64,000 nt of DNA from a virus (IMGVR_UViG_2936514734_000001:96001-160000), one strand, 5' to 3'. Counted from the stretch's first letter, positions 1 to 10,317 are shown. Program-made: numbers and translations. Notes: a model not told the origin generated them from the letters alone.

Positions 1-915
1 GTACTCTTCTAAAATACGAGACTCTAATTTGTACGAATCAATTAGTGGAAGTTTTACAGTTTGCAATACTTCTACAACTGACTTTGAACTACTACGTAAA
101 GCGCGAATTCTACTACCTAGATTGGTTGTAATTCCTATTTTGTAATAAGAACCGATTTTCATGTAATAAACAAGACTATCTCTTTGAGCAATTTCAGGTT
201 CTCTCTCGAACAACTTATCATTATATCCTCCACACAGAATGCCTGTATCTATAAGTTCCTCTACTTTACACTCAAAACAACCTTGCCCAGATAAATGTTT
301 CTGAGCGGTTTTCTTAAATGGCCCATGAGTAGGACAGATTATATCGATTACAGTTTTTCTATTTATATAAATAGATGAATTCGTTTCTGGATAGGTATAA
401 AAGTCATTGTGTTTGATTTTAGATTTCTCTATAAAATCTTCATATGGTTTTGTTTTAGAACTATTCTTTCGTTCCATTCCACAAAACTTACAACCACAAT
501 TACTTACAAGTATTGAACGCGGAACGTAATCACTCGGTCCGTGTTTTGGACAGGTCAGAGTAACAGTACCCTTTGTTAAACCTTCATAGTTTGTAAGGTC
601 TATAGTGAACTTGTCTCCGTATTTTTCTTTAACTTGGTCCATGTAATCTTCTGGAGAAACCGGTGGTCTTTCCACATTCTTTTTCGGTCTATAAGCTGCC
701 TTAAAGATAGCTGTACAAACCGGACAAGGAATCTTACCATTCAAGTGCTTGTCAGGAGTTTGCTCAAAAGGACCATGTTCATCACATATGATAATAGATT
801 TTGTTTTTGCATTTACATATTTAAAGTTAGAGTAATCAAATTTATCCCCATATTTATCTTTCGCTTTTTGTATAAAACGTTCTTTATTAATTTCCTTGTT
901 ATTGGTCTTCTTCAT
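1..915 (-). CDS. Intron-encoded homing endonuclease, 3'-partial (runs off window): three Zn-ribbon repeats (DUF723-like) plus GIY-YIG/T5orf172-like domain
   Basis: Not in ORF track. GGAGGAA RBS at 921-927, ATG at 915, open to base 1: MKKTNNKEINKERFIQKAKDKYGDKFDYS..ICDEHGPF..CPVC; repeats CPKHG..CKFC and CPTHGPF..CFEC; then VYYMKIGSYYKIGITTNL. Confidence 0.85.
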   Translation of the reverse strand, partial: MKKTNNKEINKERFIQKAKDKYGDKFDYSNFKYVNAKTKSIIICDEHGPFEQTPDKHLNGKIPCPVCTAIFKAAYRPKKNVERPPVSPEDYMDQVKEKYGDKFTIDLTNYEGLTKGTVTLTCPKHGPSDYVPRSILVSNCGCKFCGMERKNSSKTKPYEDFIEKSKIKHNDFYTYPETNSSIYINRKTVIDIICPTHGPFKKTAQKHLSGQGCFECKVEELIDTGILCGGYNDKLFEREPEIAQRDSLVYYMKIGSYYKIGITTNLGSRIRALRSSSKSVVEVLQTVKLPLIDSYKLESRILEEY

Positions 916-1315
916 TTTTCTTCCTCCGATACGATTTATGTATATAACATAACCATACCCGTGACAATAATCAAGCCGGACTATATCATCATCCTGTATT
1001 TTTCATACAGGAGCCTCCCTTTTCGATTTAAGGGGATCTCACCCACTTGTTCTAATAAACAAGCCCTACTCCTATAGCGGACTTACACCGCACCAATTGG
1101 ATAGTCTCTGAACCTTCTCCCTCGCCTTATACGTTAGGGGCTTGGATGCGTTTAGATGATTGCTCAAGTATTTTGCGTTGTTACCATACCAAAGGCGTTA
1201 CCCTTTGCCATATAATTGTTTCCAATTATACTTGGTAGCAAAACCCTATATGAACGTCCCCGCAATTAAGGAGAGTGGTCATTTACCTATTACTAGGCAA
1301 CGGGGCCATAAGTTA
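1..1315 (-). mobile_element. Group I intron in the NAMPT-like gene (3' end outside window)
   Basis: P1: exon GGGU pairs with intron GCCC (U.G at splice site 1316/1315); P element AAUUGCGGGGAC (1256-1267); R element GUUCAGAGACUA (1102-1113); S element GAUAUAGUCC (978-987); endonuclease ORF follows S. Confidence 0.9.
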
Positions 1316-2555
1316 ACCCGATTCCAAATACAATGTTTGTACTAGCGAAGCCTTTAGCTTTTAACTTCTCACAAATTTGAGTGATACGTTCTAGATTCAT
1401 AGAGTCACCATAGATAGCGCCGATATGGGTATCAAGAACTTTATATCCTTGCTTAGAAACCGTACCACCAAAGATATCCCATAGGGCTTCAATTAAGCCT
1501 TTGCGCTCTAATTCCGTTTTCCCATCTGGTGTACCGCAAACGATATCTACAGGATCACCACTATCAGGACGGATAACAACTCGTCCATCACGATTCAAGA
1601 TTGTTTCTTTCAATGCAGGTAAATACTCGCCTACAACCTTCCAGAAATCCCACGTATCAGATACTACAGAGAAGAATCCAGTAGGATATACATTAGTCAT
1701 AAGGTGTTTGAACAATTCAAATTCATCCGTTTGACCATATGAGCACATTACTGAATGTTCAGTCGCGCTGATAGAAGTACCCACTAATTCTTTTTCTACG
1801 TTTGCATTGTAGAATTCTTCTAGGTGGAAGATTGCAGGAATAGTATCTGTACCAACAAATGATAATAGATGTCCTGCACCAGAAGCTTTTGAAGCGTCTA
1901 ATGAAGCCATACCGCGCATTGAGAAATCGTGTCCTTGATATGGAACACCTTCAGTAGTACCTACTGTTTCTAAAGCATACTTATCTAATAGCTTACGGTA
2001 CGTATGAGCAATCGTAGCACTTGTCATTGGCAACCAAACTTCATTAGAGATAAGAGTTTCTAAGTAGTTTGTAATCCAAAAAGTTGCAGCCATATCAGGT
2101 CTTGTATTCACTACTGTTAATACAGGGACTTTAATTGGTGCTAGCGTACCTTCTTTTAAGGCTTTTAATTTCACCGGAAGATACCCTAAATCGTGTAGTT
2201 CCTCAATATGATTGATACGTGGATTTTTTACACCTAAAGTGTTAGTAACAAAACGTACATACTCTTCAACAACTTCCGCTTTCGGACGGCTAAAGAAATG
2301 AGTGTTGAAGTGATCAATTAAGTATTTCTTCACAAAAGCTTGAATACCAAATACAACTACTTCATTAGCGGCAGGGTAATACTTGTTGCTACGTGGAATG
2401 AATGTTGAATAAATAGTTTCAGTACCTTCTGGATATTGGTCATAGTGTCCTAGTTTATAGTAGTCACATAGTAAAGGTGATGGATTAGATGTTTTGTTAG
2501 TCTTTTTAATATAAGCAATTAATTCTTCTTGAGTCATAGTATCGAAATGAGACAT
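1316..2555 (-). CDS. Nicotinamide phosphoribosyltransferase-like protein (NAMPT/Namat), exon 1
   Basis: DYYKLGH, HDFSMRG, ATEHSVM, SVVSDTWD, IRPDSGDP, GAIYGDS; homology stops at VFGIG where the intron begins. Confidence 0.92.
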
Positions 2556-2593
2556 TATAATTCCTCCGGTTGTAAGTTAATTTTTTAGTTTGA

Positions 2594-3448
2594 TTAAGCT
2601 ACTTCAGTTACTTCATTTTCTTCTTTTTGCATCCATCCAAGACTTGAGATAATTTCTACTTTCTCATGTTTGGACTCATTAATAATTGAATCTGTTGTAA
2701 ATACTTTTGTGATTAAATCAGAACCAGGGATTTTTCCTTTAAAGATGCTGTCTTCACAATGAGTTACAGCAAGGAAAATATCTCCCGCTCCTAGTTCTTT
2801 GAGCTTTTCTGCACTCGCCATGAACGTTCCACCATAGCTGCTAAGATCATCAAGGATAACTACTTTGCGACCGGGTTCGATGTTGCCAACAACTTGCAAA
2901 CTATCAATCTTACCTGTCTCAGTATTACGCTTCTTAAATCCTACTAGCTCATTTGGAATTCCTAGCTTGCCGTAACGTTTTTGAGCGCCGGCATCCGGAT
3001 AAAAGATATAGTCTTTCTCTTTATCAAACCCAATCTTTTCTGAAACAAGCTCAAATAATTTACGGCCAGTTTCTAAAGCGTAGCAATTGTCCAATAAGGC
3101 AAGAGTTACATCTGAATGGGATTCGACTACATATACGCTGTGAAATTTAAGTGAATTGATAAAATCACATACATATTTCAGCGTAAATACATCAGTACCC
3201 ACTCGTCTGTCCATACGGCTATATGGCATATAAGAAATGTATAAAACAGTTTCCTTATCTGTTGTTTCATCTAAGAATCGTTTAACAAGCATAAGCTGGA
3301 TAAGATCAGCATCAGATTCATATTTAAATTCAACTTCATTGCTATCTCCAATCAAATTCCAAGAATCTAATAATTGTTGCCCATTTAGGTGTGTCTCGCC
3401 ATTTGGAAACTTCTTAAATTCAATTAACTCATGATTTAACTTAATCAT
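2594..3448 (-). CDS. Ribose-phosphate pyrophosphokinase-like protein (Adps-like)
   Basis: KFPNGE, YMPYSRMDR, YPDAGAQKRY, VILDDLSSYGGTF, LAVTH; adjacent to NAMPT-like gene. Confidence 0.88.
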   Translation of the reverse strand: MIKLNHELIEFKKFPNGETHLNGQQLLDSWNLIGDSNEVEFKYESDADLIQLMLVKRFLDETTDKETVLYISYMPYSRMDRRVGTDVFTLKYVCDFINSLKFHSVYVVESHSDVTLALLDNCYALETGRKLFELVSEKIGFDKEKDYIFYPDAGAQKRYGKLGIPNELVGFKKRNTETGKIDSLQVVGNIEPGRKVVILDDLSSYGGTFMASAEKLKELGAGDIFLAVTHCEDSIFKGKIPGSDLITKVFTTDSIINESKHEKVEIISSLGWMQKEENEVTEVA

Positions 3449-3466
3449 TCTTTTTCCCCCTGTAAT

Positions 3467-3682
3467 TTACTCAACATATATGAGTTCTGTTTTTCCTTTG
3501 TGAGCATGCAGTACCTGAATTTCATCTATGCTGTCATAGATGGCAATGGACCGATACTTCGTAGTCCATTCCATCACCGCTCTCCCACTAGGAAGAATAA
3601 CGCCATGACCAATTATTCCAGTTCCACTTACCCCTGAAATGTCATCTTTTCTATTTAAATAAAACTGTTTAAGTCTTTCCAT
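3467..3682 (-). CDS. Conserved phage hypothetical protein
   Basis: ORF in operon; DISGVSGTG motif. Confidence 0.6.
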   Translation of the reverse strand: MERLKQFYLNRKDDISGVSGTGIIGHGVILPSGRAVMEWTTKYRSIAIYDSIDEIQVLHAHKGKTELIYVE

Positions 3683-3702
3683 GTTGTCTACACCAGTTTT
3701 AA

Positions 3703-4134
3703 TTAAGCAAAATGCTTTTGAATAACTTGCTTTGCAAAAGAGCTATCTACTTTACCTTTTTTATCTTTCATCAAGATACCCATAGTCGGGCCGACAGCTG
3801 CTCCCTTCTTAATACCTTTCTCAGTTAAGAATGCAATGATTTCTTCTTCAGTCATCATTTCTGGTAAATAAGATTCGATAATTTCAATCTTAGCTTGTTC
3901 AGCTTCTACGATGTCAGTACGTCCTGCTTTTTGTGCCTCAGCTAAGGAATCTTTTGTTTGCTTTAATTCACGTTGTACAATAAGTGTTTCTTCAACATCA
4001 GTAAGCGGTGCTTTCTTTTCTTTTTCAGCAGATGTTAAACCTGCACGTAGTAATGTGATAACTGCTTTTTTAACAGTATCCTTATTTTTCATTGCTTCTT
4101 TTAAATGGTTCATTAATTTTTGATTTAAAGTCAT
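3703..4134 (-). CDS. GatB/YqeY domain protein
   Basis: LKEAMKNKD, QRELKQTKDSL, AGRTD, IIESYLPEMMTEEEI, GKVD. Confidence 0.9.
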   Translation of the reverse strand: MTLNQKLMNHLKEAMKNKDTVKKAVITLLRAGLTSAEKEKKAPLTDVEETLIVQRELKQTKDSLAEAQKAGRTDIVEAEQAKIEIIESYLPEMMTEEEIIAFLTEKGIKKGAAVGPTMGILMKDKKGKVDSSFAKQVIQKHFA

Positions 4135-4148
4135 AGTCCTTACTCCTT

Positions 4149-4589
4149 TTAGTATTTTTCAACTCGATAAGTAAACTCTAGTTCAGCGGTGAAATCATCA
4201 AGTGTCTTCACTCGAACTTCTGGAGCATTCCAACCATATGAATCCTCCCAATAATGGGAGAAGGTTTCTCCTCGATGAACGATAACTACTCTACCCTTTG
4301 CATAGGTCCCGTTCTTCTTTCGGGGAATCTTATCAAAGATGTCTTTCCAGTCCCAATGTTTATACTCGAGAATAGCCTTAAATGCTTCTTCATCTTCTGC
4401 ACGTTCTTTTGCTGTATATCTGTCATCTTCATGCGAGTATGTTCTAGGGACATTGTTAATCCCATACTCTTCATCATCCGGATCTACATTTAAAAGAGGT
4501 TGGATATCCCGGGAAATACTTTCAAGGTCTCCAACAATATTAAAAGTGCGTCCTTTTGGATCTAGCTCTGCATATAAAATATCTTTCAT
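4149..4589 (-). CDS. Hypothetical protein
   Basis: ORF with RBS in operon. Confidence 0.6.
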   Translation of the reverse strand: MKDILYAELDPKGRTFNIVGDLESISRDIQPLLNVDPDDEEYGINNVPRTYSHEDDRYTAKERAEDEEAFKAILEYKHWDWKDIFDKIPRKKNGTYAKGRVVIVHRGETFSHYWEDSYGWNAPEVRVKTLDDFTAELEFTYRVEKY

Positions 4590-4773
4590 ATCTATCCCCC
4601 ATTATTCTTTTTCAAGGAAGTTATCAATAAAAATTAGTAGTACGCTAATAATTAAGCCTGCAACTAGGAAAAACCCAGGTACAGGCATTTCGTGACGCAA
4701 ATAAAGATGAATACAACACAAGTAAGCGGTCAGCATCATAATGATCTGAACAAATTCAACTAACCTTCTCATG

Positions 4774-5031
4774 TTAGATATCCTTCTCTTTCTTTAATCC
4801 AAAACCAAGAGGTAGAAAAGCAATAATTAAGGACAGGTCTACGTTAAACAAAAAAGCCCATAAGTTAATATCTTGTTGTGCGTACCCAATTATTGCTGTG
4901 TACATGATTAGTCCTCCGTAAGCAAACCAGAAGCCTCTTGTACTCCATAGCCACTCCCTATGAGGAACCATTCCTTTTTTAAACTCTTGTTTGAATTTCG
5001 CAAACTTTGTTTCTTTCTTTTCTTTCTTCAT
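4774..5031 (-). CDS. Small membrane protein
   Basis: Two hydrophobic segments. Confidence 0.55.
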   Translation of the reverse strand: MKKEKKETKFAKFKQEFKKGMVPHREWLWSTRGFWFAYGGLIMYTAIIGYAQQDINLWAFLFNVDLSLIIAFLPLGFGLKKEKDI

Positions 5032-5040
5032 GTTTTTCTC

Positions 5041-6237
5041 CTATCCATTAACCATCTGAGCATAGCGTTGTGCTCCCGCTTCTGAAACTTCACGACAGAA
5101 TGCCATCTCAGGAATAAACTCAAAGAATGCTCTACCTTTAAAACTACTAAACTTGTTTTTACCTATATGCACTTCATATACAGGTTGCTTATTAGGATTA
5201 TCAGCACGCATCCAATGCACAGTAGCTTGTTGTCCACGTATTGATACTTCGTTATAGCAAAGCATAACTGCTTTTGCTTCATATAAAATCTTTACTGATT
5301 CACGAATATCATCTACACCTGGACGTCTGTTTCCGTTTAACTTACGGAACTCAGCTGTACATACGATAGGGCAATCATATTTAGTTGCAATCTTTGTTAA
5401 TTGGTCAGCAATATGATCATATTTTTCTCCGCCCGTTTTACCACGAAGCTTTTCATCCCCAATCGTAATATCATGAAAGTTATCAATAAAAACAACTAGC
5501 TGATAAGTAGGATCTTCTTTCTGCAGTTCAACATGGTATTTTTCCATTGTTTCCTCAATGTACTCAATATCAGAACCGTTATTTACGTCCTGCATGTTAA
5601 TGTAATCTGCATTTTCTCGTAACTTTTGTACACCTTTAGCACGCTTTTCCATGTATGTAGCATTGTCTTTATATTTCTTAGGGTAACGAACAACATTAAT
5701 AGGAATACGTTGATCGATTGCTACTAAACGAGGTAATAACTCATTGTTGTTATCATCTAAAGAGAAGTACAGTACAAAAGCTTTTCTAGGTCTTTCTTTT
5801 GTGACAACTTGGTTTGATTCCGCCACCTGCCAAGCAACCTGCAGCATGAATGATGATTTACCAATGTTAGATTGACCAGCCACTAAGTGAACACCAGTAT
5901 TTAATCCTTCAAATGCATCATTCAGAGTTTTGAAACCCCAGTCCAAACCCCCTAGTTCACCACGATTCCATGAGTATTCTTCTACTGCATCAATCGTCTG
6001 TAACATCTTCGCTCGATAGAAAGGTTCAGTGTTACCCGCTACTTCACGAATTAAATCAGGGGTTATGGCATTAGGGTTATTTTCAACTGTTGGAGGGGTA
6101 GCCACTACATTGAATGGCGTATTATTACTTGCGTTTGAACCGGAGTTATCCGGCCAAAATATATCTCCTGCTACTGCAGAAGATGCGAATGGATCAACAA
6201 TTTCTTGTTGAATTGCTACGGGGGCATCTGCAAACAT
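5041..6237 (-). CDS. DnaB-like (SF4) replicative helicase
   Basis: Walker A AGQSNIGKS, YFSLD, Walker B VFIDNF, IRES, KNK; follows primase. Confidence 0.85.
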   Translation of the reverse strand: MFADAPVAIQQEIVDPFASSAVAGDIFWPDNSGSNASNNTPFNVVATPPTVENNPNAITPDLIREVAGNTEPFYRAKMLQTIDAVEEYSWNRGELGGLDWGFKTLNDAFEGLNTGVHLVAGQSNIGKSSFMLQVAWQVAESNQVVTKERPRKAFVLYFSLDDNNNELLPRLVAIDQRIPINVVRYPKKYKDNATYMEKRAKGVQKLRENADYINMQDVNNGSDIEYIEETMEKYHVELQKEDPTYQLVVFIDNFHDITIGDEKLRGKTGGEKYDHIADQLTKIATKYDCPIVCTAEFRKLNGNRRPGVDDIRESVKILYEAKAVMLCYNEVSIRGQQATVHWMRADNPNKQPVYEVHIGKNKFSSFKGRAFFEFIPEMAFCREVSEAGAQRYAQMVNG

Positions 6238-6262
6238 TTATTACAACTCCTTATTCATGGTG

Positions 6263-7381
6263 TTAGGTACTTTTGTAGAACTTACAATCATTTCTACACG
6301 TAGCCGGACAAGAAGCATACTGCTTAATCGTGTTACAACCATAAACATAGTGACCCTTAAAATTGGAGCGGAATAAAGTTTGTAGTTCTCTTTCAGGAAG
6401 ACTTCCATCATTCCAATCGATTAACATATCCCATGCTTCTTGTTCCGTATATCCCCTTTGTCTCCAAAAGGCTACTAACATACTAGCTACATGGTTTCTG
6501 GAACCTTTTGCTGGTCCAGTATCAATCATTTCTGCATAACAAGGCGGATCAAAATCAATCGTCTGTCCTTCAGAAGAATTGCTAAATACTTTTTTAAAAC
6601 GTTGAGCAAATTTATGTTCTGCTTCTTTGAAATACCGAGAAGCGTCTAAGATGACTCGCGGTTTATCATATTTAATCCATGAACCGTAGTTTGGATCTTT
6701 ACTTAATTGTTGAATATCCTTTTCAGTAAGAACTAATAAGTTTCTCAACTCCATAGGAACTTTATAAGAGCCTGTAGATGGATGTTGACTACCACGTAAG
6801 CGGAACAATCTACGTCTCTCATAAACTTTTAAATCCAATGTCTTATTAGGTGCAAAAGGAATTAATTCTTCCGCCATAATCTTGTACACCTTATCTAAGT
6901 GAGGGTGCCATTCAATACCAAAACATTGATAAGGTATCGTTACGTGGATTCCTTTCTTTCCACTAAAAAACACCTTAATCATGTTTGGCGGAATTCTGTA
7001 ATTCGGACTAATGGTTAAATGCTGAATAATACGTAACGCATCCTCTTGTGCATTCTTTATATTGTCTTCATCATCAAAGTCCAAATAGAAATCACCACGT
7101 AAATCAGCTGTATATGGATCCGTGGTACTGTACTGAAATGCTGTTGAATATAATCCCCATCCTGTATGTTTCGCAATATAATCCGCTACTGTCTTATGAA
7201 CATTTGTCCAGTTAACTTCCTTATATTCATTGCGAATAAAGATATTAGCACCGTCCTTATTCGGTTTATTTCTTCCGAATTCAATATAAAAAGGTCTTGG
7301 GTTTGCTAACGACTCCGGCATACTAGGAGTTTGTATCTGATCAATTACAGGATGGTTAGCTAATTGCCCTTGGAAGAACAC
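6263..7381 (-). CDS. Archaeo-eukaryotic primase (AEP) with Cys-rich C-terminal domain
   Basis: YLDFDD, FSGKKGIH, RLFRL motifs; C-terminal PPCY..GSRN..GC..CPATC..C. Confidence 0.8.
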   Translation of the reverse strand: MFFQGQLANHPVIDQIQTPSMPESLANPRPFYIEFGRNKPNKDGANIFIRNEYKEVNWTNVHKTVADYIAKHTGWGLYSTAFQYSTTDPYTADLRGDFYLDFDDEDNIKNAQEDALRIIQHLTISPNYRIPPNMIKVFFSGKKGIHVTIPYQCFGIEWHPHLDKVYKIMAEELIPFAPNKTLDLKVYERRRLFRLRGSQHPSTGSYKVPMELRNLLVLTEKDIQQLSKDPNYGSWIKYDKPRVILDASRYFKEAEHKFAQRFKKVFSNSSEGQTIDFDPPCYAEMIDTGPAKGSRNHVASMLVAFWRQRGYTEQEAWDMLIDWNDGSLPERELQTLFRSNFKGHYVYGCNTIKQYASCPATCRNDCKFYKST

Positions 7382-8078
7382 GGTCTAAACCCTCCTCATA
7401 ACATGTATTCTTTCTAGCTTCATAGACCGCTAAAGCTTCTTCTTCGAAATGCTGAATGTCTAATGGTGATTTAGGCATTGGTCTTCCGTTATCGAAAGAT
7501 ACAGCAAACGCTTCATCAATTAAGTACAGGATGAAATCTACATCCCAAAATCTCAGCATATGTTCAAAAGCTCCAATATCACGATTCAATGTAGCTGGTT
7601 GTGGCACAGCATTCATTTTGGAATAAAAGTACTCAACCAAATCTTTTTTCGTGATTTTATCAATGATCTCCAAAAAGAATGGTTCATCTTCATAAGAAGC
7701 ATTTATTGTTCCATCATCATTAATTTGCAACATAGGAGGTGGCGGAGTTACCTGCAACCTTGGATGGAAATAAAATTGCCCTAACACTAAAAGATTGTCA
7801 GGATCACTGTAAGGCTTTCTTATGAATTTAATTTTGTGACTCTCTAAAATGTTGCACGGTTTATAAAAAAGAGCTTTTTGAGGATTGTCTTTTTCCTTCT
7901 CAAATAAATCATTGAGCTGAGCAGCAGTTACAGATTGACCGGCTAGGATTTCTCCGATGTCATTGATAACTTCTTTTTTATAGTTGGGATCACAGTCAAT
8001 CTTTCCATGAGAGCCATATTCAAATTCCTTAATCTCATGTAAAAACTTAGAAGATAAAACAATCATGTGATTATTCAA
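7356..8078 (-). CDS. Hypothetical protein, first gene of primase-helicase operon
   Basis: ORF with RBS overlapping primase start. Confidence 0.65.
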   Translation of the reverse strand: MNNHMIVLSSKFLHEIKEFEYGSHGKIDCDPNYKKEVINDIGEILAGQSVTAAQLNDLFEKEKDNPQKALFYKPCNILESHKIKFIRKPYSDPDNLLVLGQFYFHPRLQVTPPPPMLQINDDGTINASYEDEPFFLEIIDKITKKDLVEYFYSKMNAVPQPATLNRDIGAFEHMLRFWDVDFILYLIDEAFAVSFDNGRPMPKSPLDIQHFEEEALAVYEARKNTCYEEGLDRVLPRAIS

Positions 8079-8165
8079 CTCAGTCTCTCCTTTCGAACTC
8101 CATAAAGAGTGAGGGCGTTAGCCCTCAATCCCTTATAAAAAAATTCCGTTTCTAATTAGCGTTTG

Positions 8166-8194
8166 TAACATAACCCTTTGTTTAAGAAAGTCAA
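8166..8194 (-). promoter_or_regulatory. SigA-like promoter
   Basis: TTGACT-16-TATGTT upstream of replication operon. Confidence 0.5.
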
Positions 8195-8217
8195 GATATA
8201 AAAAAACAAGCGGGTGT

Positions 8218-8682
8218 TTAACCCACTTGCTTCTGTTTTTTAGCTATAGCTTTTGGATTGACATAATATTTATCCATATCCATCTTTTCCTTTACCACAA
8301 GACCTTTACTGTACTTTTCAGAAGGTAAAGTAATGGCATTCGTTAAAATTGCCTTATACATCTCTACTTCCTCTTTATCAGCATGTCGAAGTAAGAAAGC
8401 AAATGCCTCTTTCTCAAGTTTTGAACCTGCGAACTTATCAATCGCTTCTACAAAGTCAAGAAAGTGACCTAGGCGAATACGTCCTTCATTCTTAGCTACA
8501 GCTTCTTTTAATGCAACGTCTGCTAAATGAATAGCTTCATCTTTTAATAGTTCTAACAATTTATCAGCAACTTCATTGTCTTTAATGTCATCTAATAGGG
8601 TTTGCTTAGCTTTACTTGTTGAAGCCTTTGCTAGTTCTTTAAAAAGACTAATTGCATCATTTATCTGTTTTATATAATCCAT
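8218..8682 (-). CDS. Stand-alone protein resembling the N-terminal DNA-binding domain of T4-type ATP-dependent DNA ligase
   Basis: ELAKASTSKAKQTLL..KDNE, FLDFVE, KEEVEMYKAIL resemble remembered T4 ligase N-terminus; no KxDG catalytic domain. Confidence 0.5.
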   Translation of the reverse strand: MDYIKQINDAISLFKELAKASTSKAKQTLLDDIKDNEVADKLLELLKDEAIHLADVALKEAVAKNEGRIRLGHFLDFVEAIDKFAGSKLEKEAFAFLLRHADKEEVEMYKAILTNAITLPSEKYSKGLVVKEKMDMDKYYVNPKAIAKKQKQVG

Positions 8683-8828
8683 CTTTACACCACCTTTCAG
8701 CGTTAATTCATTAGAACCTTTTCATCTATAGGAAATCAATATCTAGCAGTTAGGAATTGGCAAAACAACTGTTTGACATATCCATCTTCTAAAGGTTTTT
8801 TTTAACATGTTAGAGAGGTGACAACAAG

Positions 8829-9026
8829 ATGAACAACCGAAAAAGAAGAAGATATGAACTCGCGGAAAAATGGGTTGAATGCCTTAATTGTTCCCAAGAA
8901 TATGTGATTGAAAATGTAATTGACGAGCGAGATACAAAAGGTTGCCCTGTATGTGGTTCCCATGCTTATGAGGATCCAATAACGAATTTTACGATTGGGG
9001 CGAATAGTTATGATCGAATATATTGA
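8829..9026 (+). CDS. Small Zn-ribbon protein
   Basis: CLNC..CPVCGS; GAGG RBS. Confidence 0.6.
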   Translation: MNNRKRRRYELAEKWVECLNCSQEYVIENVIDERDTKGCPVCGSHAYEDPITNFTIGANSYDRIY

Positions 9027-9254
9027 GAACGAGCAGCCAGAACAAAAACCGGTCAATGTATTCATTGGAGTCGAAGAATGGGCTAATTACTCATTCGAAA
9101 ACAAAGTCCGTCTCCTATATCGTTTACGTGGCTCTAAGAATGTGCTCGCAAAAGAGTTAGAAAAATCTATCTCACTATTAGTTGAAGAAGAACATAGAGA
9201 AAGACAAATCGATTACGAAGCAACTATAAGAAAAGCCGAAGAGGACGTGGATTA

Positions 9255-9500
9255 ATGGCAGGAATAAAAAATATCTACCAACAGTATGGAGCAACTCCAT
9301 TTAGTCCAGTACAAGGTGATAATATCTTCGACAGACATATGCAGTTTCAACTCCAAGAATATACTCCCTATTGCCAATTCTGCGGAAGAGAAATTATTAG
9401 CTCTTCAAAAGACGAGCATGGACACAATGTAGACCCTGAATGGGAAAGACTTAATCGTGCTCATTATCGTTGCTACGCAATGCGATCAAGAGGCTACTAA
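9255..9500 (+). CDS. Small Zn-binding hypothetical protein
   Basis: CQFCG..HYRC. Confidence 0.55.
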   Translation: MAGIKNIYQQYGATPFSPVQGDNIFDRHMQFQLQEYTPYCQFCGREIISSSKDEHGHNVDPEWERLNRAHYRCYAMRSRGY

Positions 9501-9513
9501 GGAGTAAAATAAC

Positions 9514-10317
9514 ATGACAAAAATAGAAATAAGTATGGATGATGTTTATACGTTCATGCAATGCCCGCTCAAATATCAGCTCACTAAAATTCATGAGATT
9601 CCATCTGAAGATGATTATAAGAGTGCAGTGCTGTATTCAAAGGGTATTCACCAAACCATATCGTACTTCTACTATGAAGTAATGCAAGGAAGACTCCCCA
9701 CTCTAAGACAAATGCGTGATAAATGGGCTCACTACTATTACTCCATTTTTGAAGACGATAAACGAACAAAAGACAACTTCTTACTTGCTCGTACAGGTAC
9801 AGATCACCAACGAACGTCACAAATTTTAAACCGGGGCATGGAAGCTATCTATGCATTCTATGCTGAAAACAAGGACAACCCCGGTACCCCTATCGCCGTC
9901 AATTACCCATTCCGTATTGCAGTTCAAGACGACCTAATACTTACAGGTGAGTTTGAACTAATTCGCGAGTACACTGATTCAAATAATCAGCGAAAAATAG
10001 AAATCGTTGATTTTAAAACCAGTAACAATAAAACAGATGCATCATCTGGATTTTTCCTTCGTCACGATCTCCGTGCCACCGCTATGTTTTATGCCTTTCA
10101 AGAATTTTTCAATTCTACACCTGACCGATTTGTTTTTGACTACATCGGAACCGACAAAAGATTGTCTTTGTATAGAGACGAAAACGAAATTAAACGATTA
10201 AAAAGCGTATTAAAAGGAGTAAGTAACGGAATAAAGCAGGAGGATTTTTATCCAAGACAAAGTTTCATGTGCAAAAATTGCTCGATGATGAACTACTGCG
10301 ACAGATTACAATTTTAG
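9514..10317 (+). CDS. PD-(D/E)XK nuclease, RecB/AddB/Cas4-like with Cys cluster
   Basis: FMQCP, EIVDFKTS, C-terminal CKNCSMMNYC. Confidence 0.8.
   Translation: MTKIEISMDDVYTFMQCPLKYQLTKIHEIPSEDDYKSAVLYSKGIHQTISYFYYEVMQGRLPTLRQMRDKWAHYYYSIFEDDKRTKDNFLLARTGTDHQRTSQILNRGMEAIYAFYAENKDNPGTPIAVNYPFRIAVQDDLILTGEFELIREYTDSNNQRKIEIVDFKTSNNKTDASSGFFLRHDLRATAMFYAFQEFFNSTPDRFVFDYIGTDKRLSLYRDENEIKRLKSVLKGVSNGIKQEDFYPRQSFMCKNCSMMNYCDRLQF

Noticed and set aside
1293-1315. NAMPT C-terminus LTYGPVA as true end or pseudogene
   Set aside because: It is read-through into the intron P1 region
634-1345. Plus-strand ORFs 634..1077 and 1160..1345
   Set aside because: Antisense shadows of the homing endonuclease and intron core
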